Source: a virus
IMG/VR virus record: IMGVR_UViG_3300031227_000013
Length of the DNA stretch: 64,000 nt
Direction: 5' to 3' (one strand)
Numbering within the stretch: position 1 is the stretch's first letter; every line of letters begins with the position of its first letter. Shown piece after piece: positions 45,696 to 54,967 of the stretch. Both the position numbers and the translations under genes were made by a program. The notes under the pieces were generated by a model. It had not been told where the DNA came from. It made no database searches and saw nothing but the letters and a program-made list of their open reading frames with translations.

Positions 45696-48600
45696 TATAC
45701 TCCTCGTTTCCTGATCTTAACAGGTGTATCTATATCTATTTTACCTGTCTTGTATGCTTTGACAGCATCGGCTTCTGTTTCGAAAACAACCGGAGTTCCT
45801 TTGAGAGGAGTCTTTGTGGCAAGATGTGCTCCCTGTACATATTCCTGATCGGGTTTATACATCAGATTAAAATCTCTTGCTCCGAACAGAATCTTTTCCG
45901 GCATCATTTTATCTCTAGCTTCCGCAACTGCTTTAGCAGAGGAAGGCACATGTATCGTCATTGTATCTCCGTCGAAGTCCAGGTTAAACCCTTTAACTAT
46001 ATGCGGAGGTACTTGTAGAGTATCTCCCTTTGTAAGAATAGGATTAGCCGCAAGTATACTCCACTTGTGCATTGTCGGAGCTCTATTCATTAGAATAGGA
46101 CGTTCCTCCATAACAGCCCGCAGAGCGACCAAAGCGTCACCTTTTCTTTCAGATACAGATTTAGCGGCTTCTGTCGCTTTGTATCCCCCGCGCACCATAT
46201 GTCTTATAACGAAAGGCTCGTACAGTTCCCATGCTCTGTTCTCGGGCAATCCAACCTGATTTAATTTGAGAGAAGGATTAGGAGTTACTACAGCTCTCGA
46301 GGAAAGGTCAACAGCCCCTCCTACCATACGACGCTGCATCATCCCGTGCTTCGGACTTCCTTTTCCAAAGATAGTCTTTAAAAGCCCTCCAACACGCTTC
46401 TCCTGTAGTTCGACGCTATCGGGGTCTCCCAACCCTGAGATAGCTTTAAAGCTGTTATACAGCCGTTCCCGTACTTCAGGAAGATATTCGTCGGGTAGAG
46501 TAGTCTTGGCATCTCTTAGATCGTTTCTGCTGTGCAGGAGTTCTCTATATAGAATATTGAAGTCCGAAGACATATTCATATCGTCTGTTACAACAATAGG
46601 TCTGAACTTAGGAGGCAGTACAGGAACACGGGTCAGCATAAATTCGGTCGGGCTGACTTTATGTTCTTTCATAGACTGCAGAGCTCTGAGTCTTTTAACA
46701 GCGTTGTCTCTTCTGGAGGCTGATGCTGTCTTGACGTCGTTTAATGCGCTGCGTGTTTCCTGATCGACATCTATTTCGGAAAGCATCTTATACATAGCTT
46801 TCCCGCCTTTAACTCCTTTATACTCTTTACGTCCTGCTAGAAGATCTGTATACTCCTTCTGTTTGAGATTGAGTATTCTCCTCAGGAAGTCTTCCATCAC
46901 TGGATTTGGAACAGGCTCGTCTAGTTTGATGTACGAGAATCTGTTTCCTTCCGCTCCTCCTGTTAAGGTTTCGTCGAACAGTCCGCCTTTAACCGGCTTG
47001 AACTGTTTGGGATCGAATGTATCTGCGGTCTGTATCTGTCTGGTTCCTGTAAGTTCTTTGGCGTTCTCATTCGTCATCGCAAATATATTAAGTTTGTTCT
47101 TATCCTTATGTATATTAACTCCGGCAGCCTGTATCATCGCAAGGAACTTCTTGTATATAAAGCTTTCGTCGGGAACCGTAGGAGTACGACCCATTTTAAG
47201 ATCGCGCCAGTAGTCGTCGTTTTTAGACCCTCTTATCAGTTTGGCGTCTTTCATTATCTCTTTAGCGCCGTGGCTTACAAGGGCTGCAATTTCCATGCTA
47301 TTACTAACAAGAACTCCTCCCGCAGTATATGAATGTGTTTTATCAACAGTAAAATCATAAACATTAATTTCGTCTATTCCCGGTTTATCATGTTTATAAG
47401 GTCTAATATCTTTAATAGATACCGGAACTTTACCCATTCTATTAACAATATCCAATTTACGGGGAGGATTTACCAGTTGTCTCTCAGCTACCAGCTTTTT
47501 TAATTTCTTTTTTGTTTTAGGAATAATAGAGGCAGGAACATTTCTGGCTAACATATCTATCAGTATCCAACAAGATTCTGCTGTTAAATAAATAAACCAC
47601 TCTTCTTCCCGTCCTGAAGCTTTGTATATTTTTAGAGAAGATATATTTAATTTATTACCCAGCCATCTATGTAAAAGAACAACTTCTTCGTAAGTAAATC
47701 CATGGGTAGCTATTGCACCTTGTAAAGCAACCCCTCCCTTGACTTTAGAACGATTGGAAATAGATCCATCATCCAATACCCACATACAGATACCTAATTC
47801 ATCCACATGGCTCAGCCATTCTTCAGTTACATGTTTTTTACCGTCTTTTAAACAAACTGCTTTCATCTGATCAACTACATAAGCAGTAGGCATTGTTACT
47901 AATCCACGTCCATAACTTTTACCTGTTCTTTTTAAAAAACTAGGCTTACAATCACTTCTATAAGCCATCAGCCCCGCCAGAACCTTCTGCTTAAAATCCA
48001 TGTATTCTATTTGCTTTGTAGAATGCATAATCTGGATAACACTATTAAAATAGGAATCCCCCAACATACCTCCATACAATACATCCAGCTGATCTTTTGT
48101 TACCAGAGGCCCCCATGAAATAAGTTTATCATCAACTGTTAAATCACCGGCAAGTAATTCACATCCGTCAAATGTATATACCTTATGATTTTTAGTAGGA
48201 TATAAACAGGAGGTATACTTTATCTTTCTGTCTCCTGTCTCACAGGGAATACCTGATACTTCAACACACAATATATCTTCTATTTTAGCTCGATAAGTAA
48301 ACCAGTCCGTAATGGGTTTAAATGTCCACTCCTCCTTATCTTCATCAAATGTCCAGACCTGCTCGGCAAAACGTTTTTCAACTAATCTACCTATTTGTAT
48401 TTCTCCATGAATAGTTTTTATTTTTTGACCTGCTGGAAAGCAACCTATTCTCTTACTCTTCCCACCGCCTGTAGAGGGCTGTTCGTCCATTGTATATCCT
48501 GAGAACGACTTACCTCCGGACTTGGCTTCCGCGGTATGCTGTAACTTAAAAAAGTGTGAAACTCCGTTAAATACTTTAGGTATCTTACGTCCTGTTGTAG

Positions 48601-51600
48601 GGTCGTATATATCGTCTGTATCGCTAAGCCCATGCTTCTTGAGTTCCGTCTGTGCTAGATCTATAAAGGATTCGTCCGGGTCGTCTGTAAAACTTGGTAA
48701 TATATAAGGTTTACCTGTCTTGGTAGCTACCTTACCCAGTGACGATTCTATGAGCTGTGATGAATTCGTTCTGGATATTACACCTACAGGGTTAAGAATA
48801 ATTTCGTAAGGCTTACCGTCCTTATCGTGAATCATTTTGTTATCGGGAATTATATCTCCGACAACGCCCTTACCTCCGTAGAAATTTGCCAGTTTGTCGC
48901 CCCGCTTAGTTGTAGCGTTGGCTCGGACATAGACTTTCCAGCCCTCTTTATTCTTAACAACATCTGTGACAACGCCCGGGTCTTCATGCTCCCACTTCAC
49001 AGAAGAGTCTCTTGTTAGCCTACGACCCATTGTTCCGGGTCCGGGCTGTCTTGTCTTTGTAGATAGAATAAGCGGATCTCCCTGTCTGACGAGAGTTCCC
49101 GGTTTGACTGTACCTTCTTTACCGATAGTCTTGAACTGTTCCGCGGTAAACGTTCCCGGAAACATTGCTGTATACTTATCTTTAAGAACTTCCACTCCGC
49201 TTTCTTCACGAAGCTTATTAGCATACATATGTTCTGAGTTTAGTTTCTTCGCGGCACTTTCTGATATGACTATAGCATCTTCATGCACAGCCCCTTTATA
49301 AGGCATGTAAGCTACCCGGAGATTAAGTCCCAGAGCTGCTGTACCCTTATCGTCTGTAAAGTTAGATCCTGCGATAGCCTGTCCTTTTTTAACACGTTGT
49401 GCTCCCTTTACAAAAGGAATTGTACGCACGGATGTTTTTCTGCTGAAAGGAAAGTTATCGTAGGTATCGTACGAGGATGTTGTTCCGTCGTCGTTCTGTG
49501 TAGTTATCTTATCTTTGCTTATGGATTTAACGATACCATCTTTTTCAGAAGTTATTCTACCCATATGCGGGCTGATGTAATCGTATATATCCTTAGTACC
49601 GATTCTTGTACGGACAAGAGGAGCTTCTCTGTTTGTAAGAGGAAGCGCCTGATTGTGCATTTTCGACCCCATTAGCAAACGCATAGCTTTTATCCCGGAA
49701 GCCATAGGCACCAAGTTAGCTCCTGTACTGAAGAGATCGGAACCGCTGTTTATCATGTAATCCACAGATGTTCGGGGAACATACTTTATACCCTCTCCCT
49801 TTACCATCGCAGGAATAAACTTACCTTTGTATTTAAAACTTTCCGGAAAGGCTACAATAGATCTGGATGCTGTTACAGAATCCACATACTCCTGCTTACC
49901 TGTTTTTGTATTCAGGAACTTCTGATATACTTTACCGTCTTTCCCGTACTGAGTTCCCTGAGCCATCTTCATATCGACACCGACCCTTAGAGAGTTACCG
50001 CACCAGAAAGCTTTGCCTTTACGTCTTACATATACAAGACCTCCCTGAACAGTAGCACAATACACTACACCTTTATATTCTTTTTCGAAAGTATCGTTCT
50101 TTAGAATATAAATAATACCTCCGTCGATTTCCATATTAAAACCTTTACCCAGAATATCTTCGGCAAGCGTCATAACATATCCTATACCATTAGTCTTAAC
50201 ACGCATTCTATGATTAGGAGTAACAAGGAAGTTAACCTGTTTTTTACAACCTATCATCAGCCCGTCGTAATCGTAAGACTGAAGTCCTTCCGGAGTCTTA
50301 TAATAGACACAGTCATGAATACGGCAGGCCAGTTCGTCCTGCATTGTGATATCTTTAAATAGTTTCCAGCCCGTACTTGTTTTGATTTCTGTCTTGTCGT
50401 CGTAACATTCAGGACTTCTCACCATATCTACATACCCACGATATGTGGGCTGTACAGCTCTTGCTTCGTCAGGTACTGCATCCAGAGAGCTTATTCCACC
50501 CTCTCCCATTCTGGTAACCCTGTACGATTGATCTAAAGCGTCTAGAGGATTTATCTCCTCGAGCATCTGACTCAGCCCAGATGTATTGAACAGGCTGTCC
50601 ACATGTTTATTAAGCATTCCGGATTGTAAAGAGGATAAGTTACCCTGATTGGTAATCTTCCATAGTTTATTCCTGAGTACATTACCCGGATCTTTGAGTA
50701 TACGTTCGGCGAAATAGTTATGGGGCCCGTACATTCTCTGGAACTCCATAGAATCCCTATCGTCTGATTTGGCTGTTCCTCTGGATATGTTCAAAAGCTT
50801 TTTAGTAACATCTAGGAAAAGACCTGAACCGACATTGGAATGCGGAGCACCTAATGTTGTCTGTGTAGCGTCCGGGTCCAGCTCCATAGCATTAAAAGAT
50901 TGTTTAAGTGTTTCTATATCTCCCGCTTCCGGACCCATCATCTTTACTTCGGCTGTCTTATTCATACGCATGTGCTTAGGGATAAGGGTCTGTATAGCAC
51001 TGTGTACAGCTTGAGTTGTAGTACCGGCTCTGTTCCTCTTAAGGATTTCCGGCCCCCATGCATCTTCCAGTAAACTGTCCTGAACGCCTAGCGCCTGCAG
51101 TACCGGATAGAGTTTGATCTTTCTACCTCCGGATCTGATGTAGAACTCGGCTGTCTTAGGATTCATGGATACTTTAAAACTGTTTCCTGTTCCCTGTCTG
51201 ACATTGACGTGGGATTCGTATGTACCGTCTCCGGCTACTTTACTGTATACATTAGGAATAAGTCTAAACTGATTGATAAGGGATTGTTCGACTCCGTTAC
51301 GGACGAAGGTCCCTCTTTCTGTAAGATAAGGTACATTGAGTACAGTACGTTTACTTGTACGGTCTATGACTTTACCTGTCTCGTTGTCTCTGAGAGTCCA
51401 GTTACCCTGCAGTTTCTTTGTAAGAGACCTGTTGTTAAGGATAGCTTCCTTCTGCTCTTTGTATGAAAAACGTTTCGTATCTTTGTAGGAAGGATTATCC
51501 AACTCCAGGGTATATCTCTGATTGGATAAAGGAAAGCGTTGTTTAACAGCGTCTATAGAATAATCAAAAATCTGCTGTCTACGGTTATCGTAGTCGTCGA

Positions 51601-51691
51601 AAGACGTAAGGACACCTTTATCTTTCGATAGGGTGTCCGAGATAAATTTCATCCCCGTTGAAGCAGGGGGAGTCGAAGGATTGATAGGCAT
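45695..51691 (-). CDS. rpoB-rpoC: Fused RNA polymerase beta plus beta' N-terminal part (catalytic NLDFDGD) with two inteins
   Basis: beta: TERGTFVRNG, YRVTRMGEGG, LMGSKMHNQALPL, AYMPYKG..EDAIVISE, GDKLANFYGGKGVV, LNPVGVISRTN, KLQH; beta': GGLFD, YIKLDEPV, PVLPPKFRP, VDLSSRAVV, LMNRAPTMHK, FNLDFDGDTM. Confidence 0.92.
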   Translation of the reverse strand: MPINPSTPPASTGMKFISDTLSKDKGVLTSFDDYDNRRQQIFDYSIDAVKQRFPLSNQRYTLELDNPSYKDTKRFSYKEQKEAILNNRSLTKKLQGNWTLRDNETGKVIDRTSKRTVLNVPYLTERGTFVRNGVEQSLINQFRLIPNVYSKVAGDGTYESHVNVRQGTGNSFKVSMNPKTAEFYIRSGGRKIKLYPVLQALGVQDSLLEDAWGPEILKRNRAGTTTQAVHSAIQTLIPKHMRMNKTAEVKMMGPEAGDIETLKQSFNAMELDPDATQTTLGAPHSNVGSGLFLDVTKKLLNISRGTAKSDDRDSMEFQRMYGPHNYFAERILKDPGNVLRNKLWKITNQGNLSSLQSGMLNKHVDSLFNTSGLSQMLEEINPLDALDQSYRVTRMGEGGISSLDAVPDEARAVQPTYRGYVDMVRSPECYDDKTEIKTSTGWKLFKDITMQDELACRIHDCVYYKTPEGLQSYDYDGLMIGCKKQVNFLVTPNHRMRVKTNGIGYVMTLAEDILGKGFNMEIDGGIIYILKNDTFEKEYKGVVYCATVQGGLVYVRRKGKAFWCGNSLRVGVDMKMAQGTQYGKDGKVYQKFLNTKTGKQEYVDSVTASRSIVAFPESFKYKGKFIPAMVKGEGIKYVPRTSVDYMINSGSDLFSTGANLVPMASGIKAMRLLMGSKMHNQALPLTNREAPLVRTRIGTKDIYDYISPHMGRITSEKDGIVKSISKDKITTQNDDGTTSSYDTYDNFPFSRKTSVRTIPFVKGAQRVKKGQAIAGSNFTDDKGTAALGLNLRVAYMPYKGAVHEDAIVISESAAKKLNSEHMYANKLREESGVEVLKDKYTAMFPGTFTAEQFKTIGKEGTVKPGTLVRQGDPLILSTKTRQPGPGTMGRRLTRDSSVKWEHEDPGVVTDVVKNKEGWKVYVRANATTKRGDKLANFYGGKGVVGDIIPDNKMIHDKDGKPYEIILNPVGVISRTNSSQLIESSLGKVATKTGKPYILPSFTDDPDESFIDLAQTELKKHGLSDTDDIYDPTTGRKIPKVFNGVSHFFKLQHTAEAKSGGKSFSGYTMDEQPSTGGGKSKRIGCFPAGQKIKTIHGEIQIGRLVEKRFAEQVWTFDEDKEEWTFKPITDWFTYRAKIEDILCVEVSGIPCETGDRKIKYTSCLYPTKNHKVYTFDGCELLAGDLTVDDKLISWGPLVTKDQLDVLYGGMLGDSYFNSVIQIMHSTKQIEYMDFKQKVLAGLMAYRSDCKPSFLKRTGKSYGRGLVTMPTAYVVDQMKAVCLKDGKKHVTEEWLSHVDELGICMWVLDDGSISNRSKVKGGVALQGAIATHGFTYEEVVLLHRWLGNKLNISSLKIYKASGREEEWFIYLTAESCWILIDMLARNVPASIIPKTKKKLKKLVAERQLVNPPRKLDIVNRMGKVPVSIKDIRPYKHDKPGIDEINVYDFTVDKTHSYTAGGVLVSNSMEIAALVSHGAKEIMKDAKLIRGSKNDDYWRDLKMGRTPTVPDESFIYKKFLAMIQAAGVNIHKDKNKLNIFAMTNENAKELTGTRQIQTADTFDPKQFKPVKGGLFDETLTGGAEGNRFSYIKLDEPVPNPVMEDFLRRILNLKQKEYTDLLAGRKEYKGVKGGKAMYKMLSEIDVDQETRSALNDVKTASASRRDNAVKRLRALQSMKEHKVSPTEFMLTRVPVLPPKFRPIVVTDDMNMSSDFNILYRELLHSRNDLRDAKTTLPDEYLPEVRERLYNSFKAISGLGDPDSVELQEKRVGGLLKTIFGKGSPKHGMMQRRMVGGAVDLSSRAVVTPNPSLKLNQVGLPENRAWELYEPFVIRHMVRGGYKATEAAKSVSERKGDALVALRAVMEERPILMNRAPTMHKWSILAANPILTKGDTLQVPPHIVKGFNLDFDGDTMTIHVPSSAKAVAEARDKMMPEKILFGARDFNLMYKPDQEYVQGAHLATKTPLKGTPVVFETEADAVKAYKTGKIDIDTPVKIRKRGV
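47300..48442 (-). mobile_element. Intein with LAGLIDADG endonuclease (381 aa) in the beta C-terminal GQRFGEME-equivalent motif
   Basis: CFPAGQKIKT start; YGGMLGDS and CMWVLDDGS motifs; VYDFTVDKTHSYTAGGVLVSN/S end; splits KRIG/SME. Confidence 0.9.
49994..50407 (-). mobile_element. Mini-intein (138 aa) in the beta ETPEG-equivalent motif
   Basis: CYDDKTEIKT.TGWK start; LVTPNHRM block B; VYCATV.GG.VYVRR.GK.FWCGN/S end; splits VRSPE/SLRVG. Confidence 0.9.
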
Positions 51692-52776
51692 TAAACACTC
51701 CCGAGTAATTCCTGAAGTTCTGGATCATCTACGGCAGCAGAAACTGTAGGAGCTTCCGTTCCGCCCTTTGTGTTCTTTATAATGTCCGCCTCTTTTGTTT
51801 TCTTAGATTTCTTAACAGGAGAGGTTGTACGCAGTTTCTGCATAGCCACCATTTCTTCTGGACTGAAAGACGTCTCTGATATATTGACAGGGGCATTATG
51901 CATACGAGATACTCTTTCCAGTGTAGCTCTGTATTTCTTAAGGTCCTGAATATTTTTTGAAGCTTCGTCTCCCTGCTCTTTACCTGCCGCATACATAGGT
52001 ACACTGGCACTGGCTCCGAGAATAGCTAGAGAGGTGGGTACTGGGTTATCCAGAACAGTTTTACCGGCTGTTGCCAGCATGCTCTTGAGTCCGGATGTCT
52101 TTAAAATATCCGCTTCCTCTTTTAAAGCAGTCGGCTCTATATTAAATTCACCGAGCATTGACTGTCTGAATTTCTGATTGTATTTAGACCTTAAAGTCTT
52201 GATCTGCTCCATAAGTTCTTTTTTCTTTTCCAGGTCTCTGACTTCTTTTAAATCCTGAAAAGCTTTGTGCCCTATAATACCTGAACCCGCAGCTAGACTA
52301 GCTCCTATAATAGCAGCATTACCTTTGAGACCTGCCTGTTTACCGAAAACATCTTTGTCGGATGAAATATCTGACTGCAGTTCTTTGAGGGACAGATTTG
52401 TTTCAATCTTTTTCTTTTCGTTAAGAGCTTCTTTATTGCCTTTTATCTTATCCTCGAGAGCACTGTAAGCAGCCCCTCCACCTACTCCAACAGCAGTAGC
52501 TCCGGCACTTAACCCACCTATTGTTTTAAGGGATGACACATCTTTCTTATGCCCTGAAAGAATCTGAGCCAGAATAGCTTTCTGTTTCAGATAGTCCGTG
52601 ACGGTCGCACTTCCGGGAACACCTAACTTTTGTGCAGCCTTATACTTCTTATAAGCTTCTTTAAGAGGAACTTTAGCCTCTGAGACTCTCTGTTTAATAT
52701 TACGGATACGTTGTATATAATCAGCTATATCATCGAAAGAAGAAACTATATCGCCTAGGCTTGCTGTCTTATTCAT
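51691..52776 (-). CDS. MNKTA-starting protein with Gly/Ala-rich hydrophobic segments (possible ejected membrane-interacting protein)
   Basis: MNKTAS, internal GKQAG; three hydrophobic Gly/Ala stretches. Confidence 0.7.
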   Translation of the reverse strand: MNKTASLGDIVSSFDDIADYIQRIRNIKQRVSEAKVPLKEAYKKYKAAQKLGVPGSATVTDYLKQKAILAQILSGHKKDVSSLKTIGGLSAGATAVGVGGGAAYSALEDKIKGNKEALNEKKKIETNLSLKELQSDISSDKDVFGKQAGLKGNAAIIGASLAAGSGIIGHKAFQDLKEVRDLEKKKELMEQIKTLRSKYNQKFRQSMLGEFNIEPTALKEEADILKTSGLKSMLATAGKTVLDNPVPTSLAILGASASVPMYAAGKEQGDEASKNIQDLKKYRATLERVSRMHNAPVNISETSFSPEEMVAMQKLRTTSPVKKSKKTKEADIIKNTKGGTEAPTVSAAVDDPELQELLGSV

Positions 52777-53101
52777 CTTGGATACCTTCCGGGTTTGTAA
52801 ATGACAGGTCCATCCATCTCAGGAGTATCCGCCATGACTTTATATCTTTATCGTATATTTTTTCCTCGAACGAAATTATCGCCACCTCGTCCGCAACCTT
52901 CTGCATAATCTCTTCCCATTCAACCATATCATCGGGAACACTTAAATTAAACTGCCTGACATGCACAGTCTGTACCATAACGGGCTGCTTCTCTTCGGGA
53001 TCTGATTCTTTCCTATCGTATATGACCCCTTCGTAAGGAAGCCCTTCAAATGTATTCGGACCGTATTTCTCTTTAAATCCTGAGGGTTGCGTTGTTTCCA
53101 C
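52769..53101 (-). CDS. Hypothetical protein
   Basis: 110-aa ORF with AGGAG RBS. Confidence 0.6.
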   Translation of the reverse strand: METTQPSGFKEKYGPNTFEGLPYEGVIYDRKESDPEEKQPVMVQTVHVRQFNLSVPDDMVEWEEIMQKVADEVAIISFEEKIYDKDIKSWRILLRWMDLSFTNPEGIQDE

Positions 53102-53381
53102 CTTGACGCTCCTTCATCTGTTCCATCTTTTTACGTTTGTCCAGATCGGATATAGCCTGCTCCAGTTTCTTCCTGACATACTGGGCCTGAATTAATTTAG
53201 TTTCCTGAGAGGATGGTTCCTGTACTTTAGAATGCATTCTACCTGCCAGATAACTGACACCTGCCGGAGCTGCTACAAGTGCTCCTGTATTCGTTAAAGT
53301 TTTCTTTATAAGATCCGTAGCTGATCCCGCTACTTTAGGGATGCCTTCCATATATCCTGTATAAAATGCCATCTTGTCCAT
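53073..53381 (-). CDS. Leader-tagged small protein (MDKMAFYTGYME..PKVA)
   Basis: Direct reading. Confidence 0.7.
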   Translation of the reverse strand: MDKMAFYTGYMEGIPKVAGSATDLIKKTLTNTGALVAAPAGVSYLAGRMHSKVQEPSSQETKLIQAQYVRKKLEQAISDLDKRKKMEQMKERQGGNNATLRI

Positions 53382-53398
53382 TGTATATAATCCTTATA

Positions 53399-54334
53399 TT
53401 ATTGTAAAAACCCTTTAAACTTATTTAATATAGGCCCTGTCAGCCCTGAATTCAATATAGCCCCACCGATCATCCCGTAATTACCCATCTTTGATTTCAT
53501 CGCAGGAGGTTGTGAGAAGATAGTTCCCATTATGTTACCCAGCCCCAATCCGGCTACTGCGCCTACTCCTACCCTTGCCAATCCTTTAGCGATATCCATA
53601 CCGCTTATCATTCCTGAATCTTCGGGGCTGGCATTATCTATTCCTGCCACCAGTCGGGCTGTGAGGTCCGGTCCTAATATAGGAGCCTGTGTCTGTAGAA
53701 GATCCATAGAACTCATTTTAGGAATAGTAGGGTCTCCTATAAATTCTATAGCCCGTACTTTAGGTAATACAAAATCTTTACCAAGAGCAAAATCATTAGG
53801 GTTTCCATACGGAGAGTGTGAAGGTAATCCATAATCAGCAAGCTTCTGTAAAAGATTTTCTACCATGGTAGACTTTTCAATCGTGGTAGACTTTTCAGAA
53901 CTTATCTTAGGAAATCTATCTAAAGGTAGTTTATTGTTGAACAGAGGGGCTGAAAGATCTGATAAACTCCCTGTGTCCTCAAACTTCTTGTATGATCTCT
54001 GAAAAGGTTTGATTGTCTGTGTTAATGGAAGGGCTGCTCCTACCGCTCCGCCTATTCCTGCTAACCAAGGTTCCATCTTATCTCTCCTCTTAATATAATC
54101 CTGCCACGCCTGATTCTGCATCCCCGGATTATCTTTATGTGCTTTACGGATATGCATTCCGGCGAATTTATCCGACAGATATCTGTATCCGTACTTAGTT
54201 CCGAAATATCCAACTGTACCCATAAGCAGAGATCGTACAGCCGGATTGACTGTAGCTTTATTAAAAGCGCCCTGGATATCGGGGAGAGTAAGATCCCCTA
54301 TTCCAGCTTCTTTATTTATAGGTGCATTCTGCAT
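53399..54334 (-). CDS. Putative membrane-interacting virion protein; start corrected to MQNAPINKEA
   Basis: TAATG coupling at 54334; INKEA and LQKLA motifs; Gly-zipper-like segments. Confidence 0.65.
   Translation of the reverse strand: MQNAPINKEAGIGDLTLPDIQGAFNKATVNPAVRSLLMGTVGYFGTKYGYRYLSDKFAGMHIRKAHKDNPGMQNQAWQDYIKRRDKMEPWLAGIGGAVGAALPLTQTIKPFQRSYKKFEDTGSLSDLSAPLFNNKLPLDRFPKISSEKSTTIEKSTMVENLLQKLADYGLPSHSPYGNPNDFALGKDFVLPKVRAIEFIGDPTIPKMSSMDLLQTQAPILGPDLTARLVAGIDNASPEDSGMISGMDIAKGLARVGVGAVAGLGLGNIMGTIFSQPPAMKSKMGNYGMIGGAILNSGLTGPILNKFKGFLQ
53856..53877. repeat. Palindromic motif TCTACCATGGTAGA, copy 3 (inside a CDS)
   Basis: TTTTCTACCATGGTAGACTTTT. Confidence 0.85.
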
Positions 54335-54963
54335 TATCGTATATTCATTTCCTGAGGTGTTCCCTGTTGTAATCCTATCCCTAGTTGATCTCGAGGTATA
54401 TATCCTTTTGTAGGTCCGGCGTAATACATTCCTCCGCCTCCGGGCATATTCTGTCCTTGTGCCTGTCCTTTTCCTCCGCCTCCGAACAACATGGAACCTA
54501 AACCTAATGCTCCTATACCTCCAAGTACCCAAGGCATCGTCTTCAGTATAGTTTCTTTACTGGGAGTCATAGACTTAATTCCGGATTTTATATCACTCTT
54601 AGCTGTATCGAAAGGATGCTGTATATAATTTAAAGTCTTATGAGCCGCCTCTGGACTCATAACAGAAGTCATTCCTTTTCCTAAAACAGTACCTGCGGCA
54701 TTTATAGTATTACGCGGTAGATTGGCAACGTTATCTGCATATCCCTGCGCTGTATTATTCGCAAAACCGGCGACACTGCCTGGTTTTGTATATGCCCCTC
54801 CGGAGTAATCTGTAACCTTACCACTGGGACGCATAGAAAATTGTGCTCCTGACTCCGCCTGCTTCTGCAGACCTGCAGTATATGCTTTAATAAAAGCAGA
54901 CTTCCGCATAGCGGGATAATCCGACTTAACTCCGTATCCTAATAGAAAAGCTTCTTTATTCAT
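54334..54963 (-). CDS. Protein with doubled leader (MNKEAFLLGY..RKSAFIKAY..QKQA) and a TM segment
   Basis: Direct reading; WVLGGIGALGLGSMLFG. Confidence 0.7.
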   Translation of the reverse strand: MNKEAFLLGYGVKSDYPAMRKSAFIKAYTAGLQKQAESGAQFSMRPSGKVTDYSGGAYTKPGSVAGFANNTAQGYADNVANLPRNTINAAGTVLGKGMTSVMSPEAAHKTLNYIQHPFDTAKSDIKSGIKSMTPSKETILKTMPWVLGGIGALGLGSMLFGGGGKGQAQGQNMPGGGGMYYAGPTKGYIPRDQLGIGLQQGTPQEMNIR

Positions 54964-54967
54964 TATA

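Noticed and set aside
39602-51691. Cellular rpoBC operon or host chromosome origin
   Set aside because: No ribosomal-protein neighbours; divergent motifs (NLDFDGD), missing zinc domain, and flanking portal, protease and capsid genes indicate a phage
54335-54532. Arg-rich N-terminal extension of track ORF 53399-54532
   Set aside because: Out-of-frame overlap with 54334-54963; TAATG coupling supports the start at 54334
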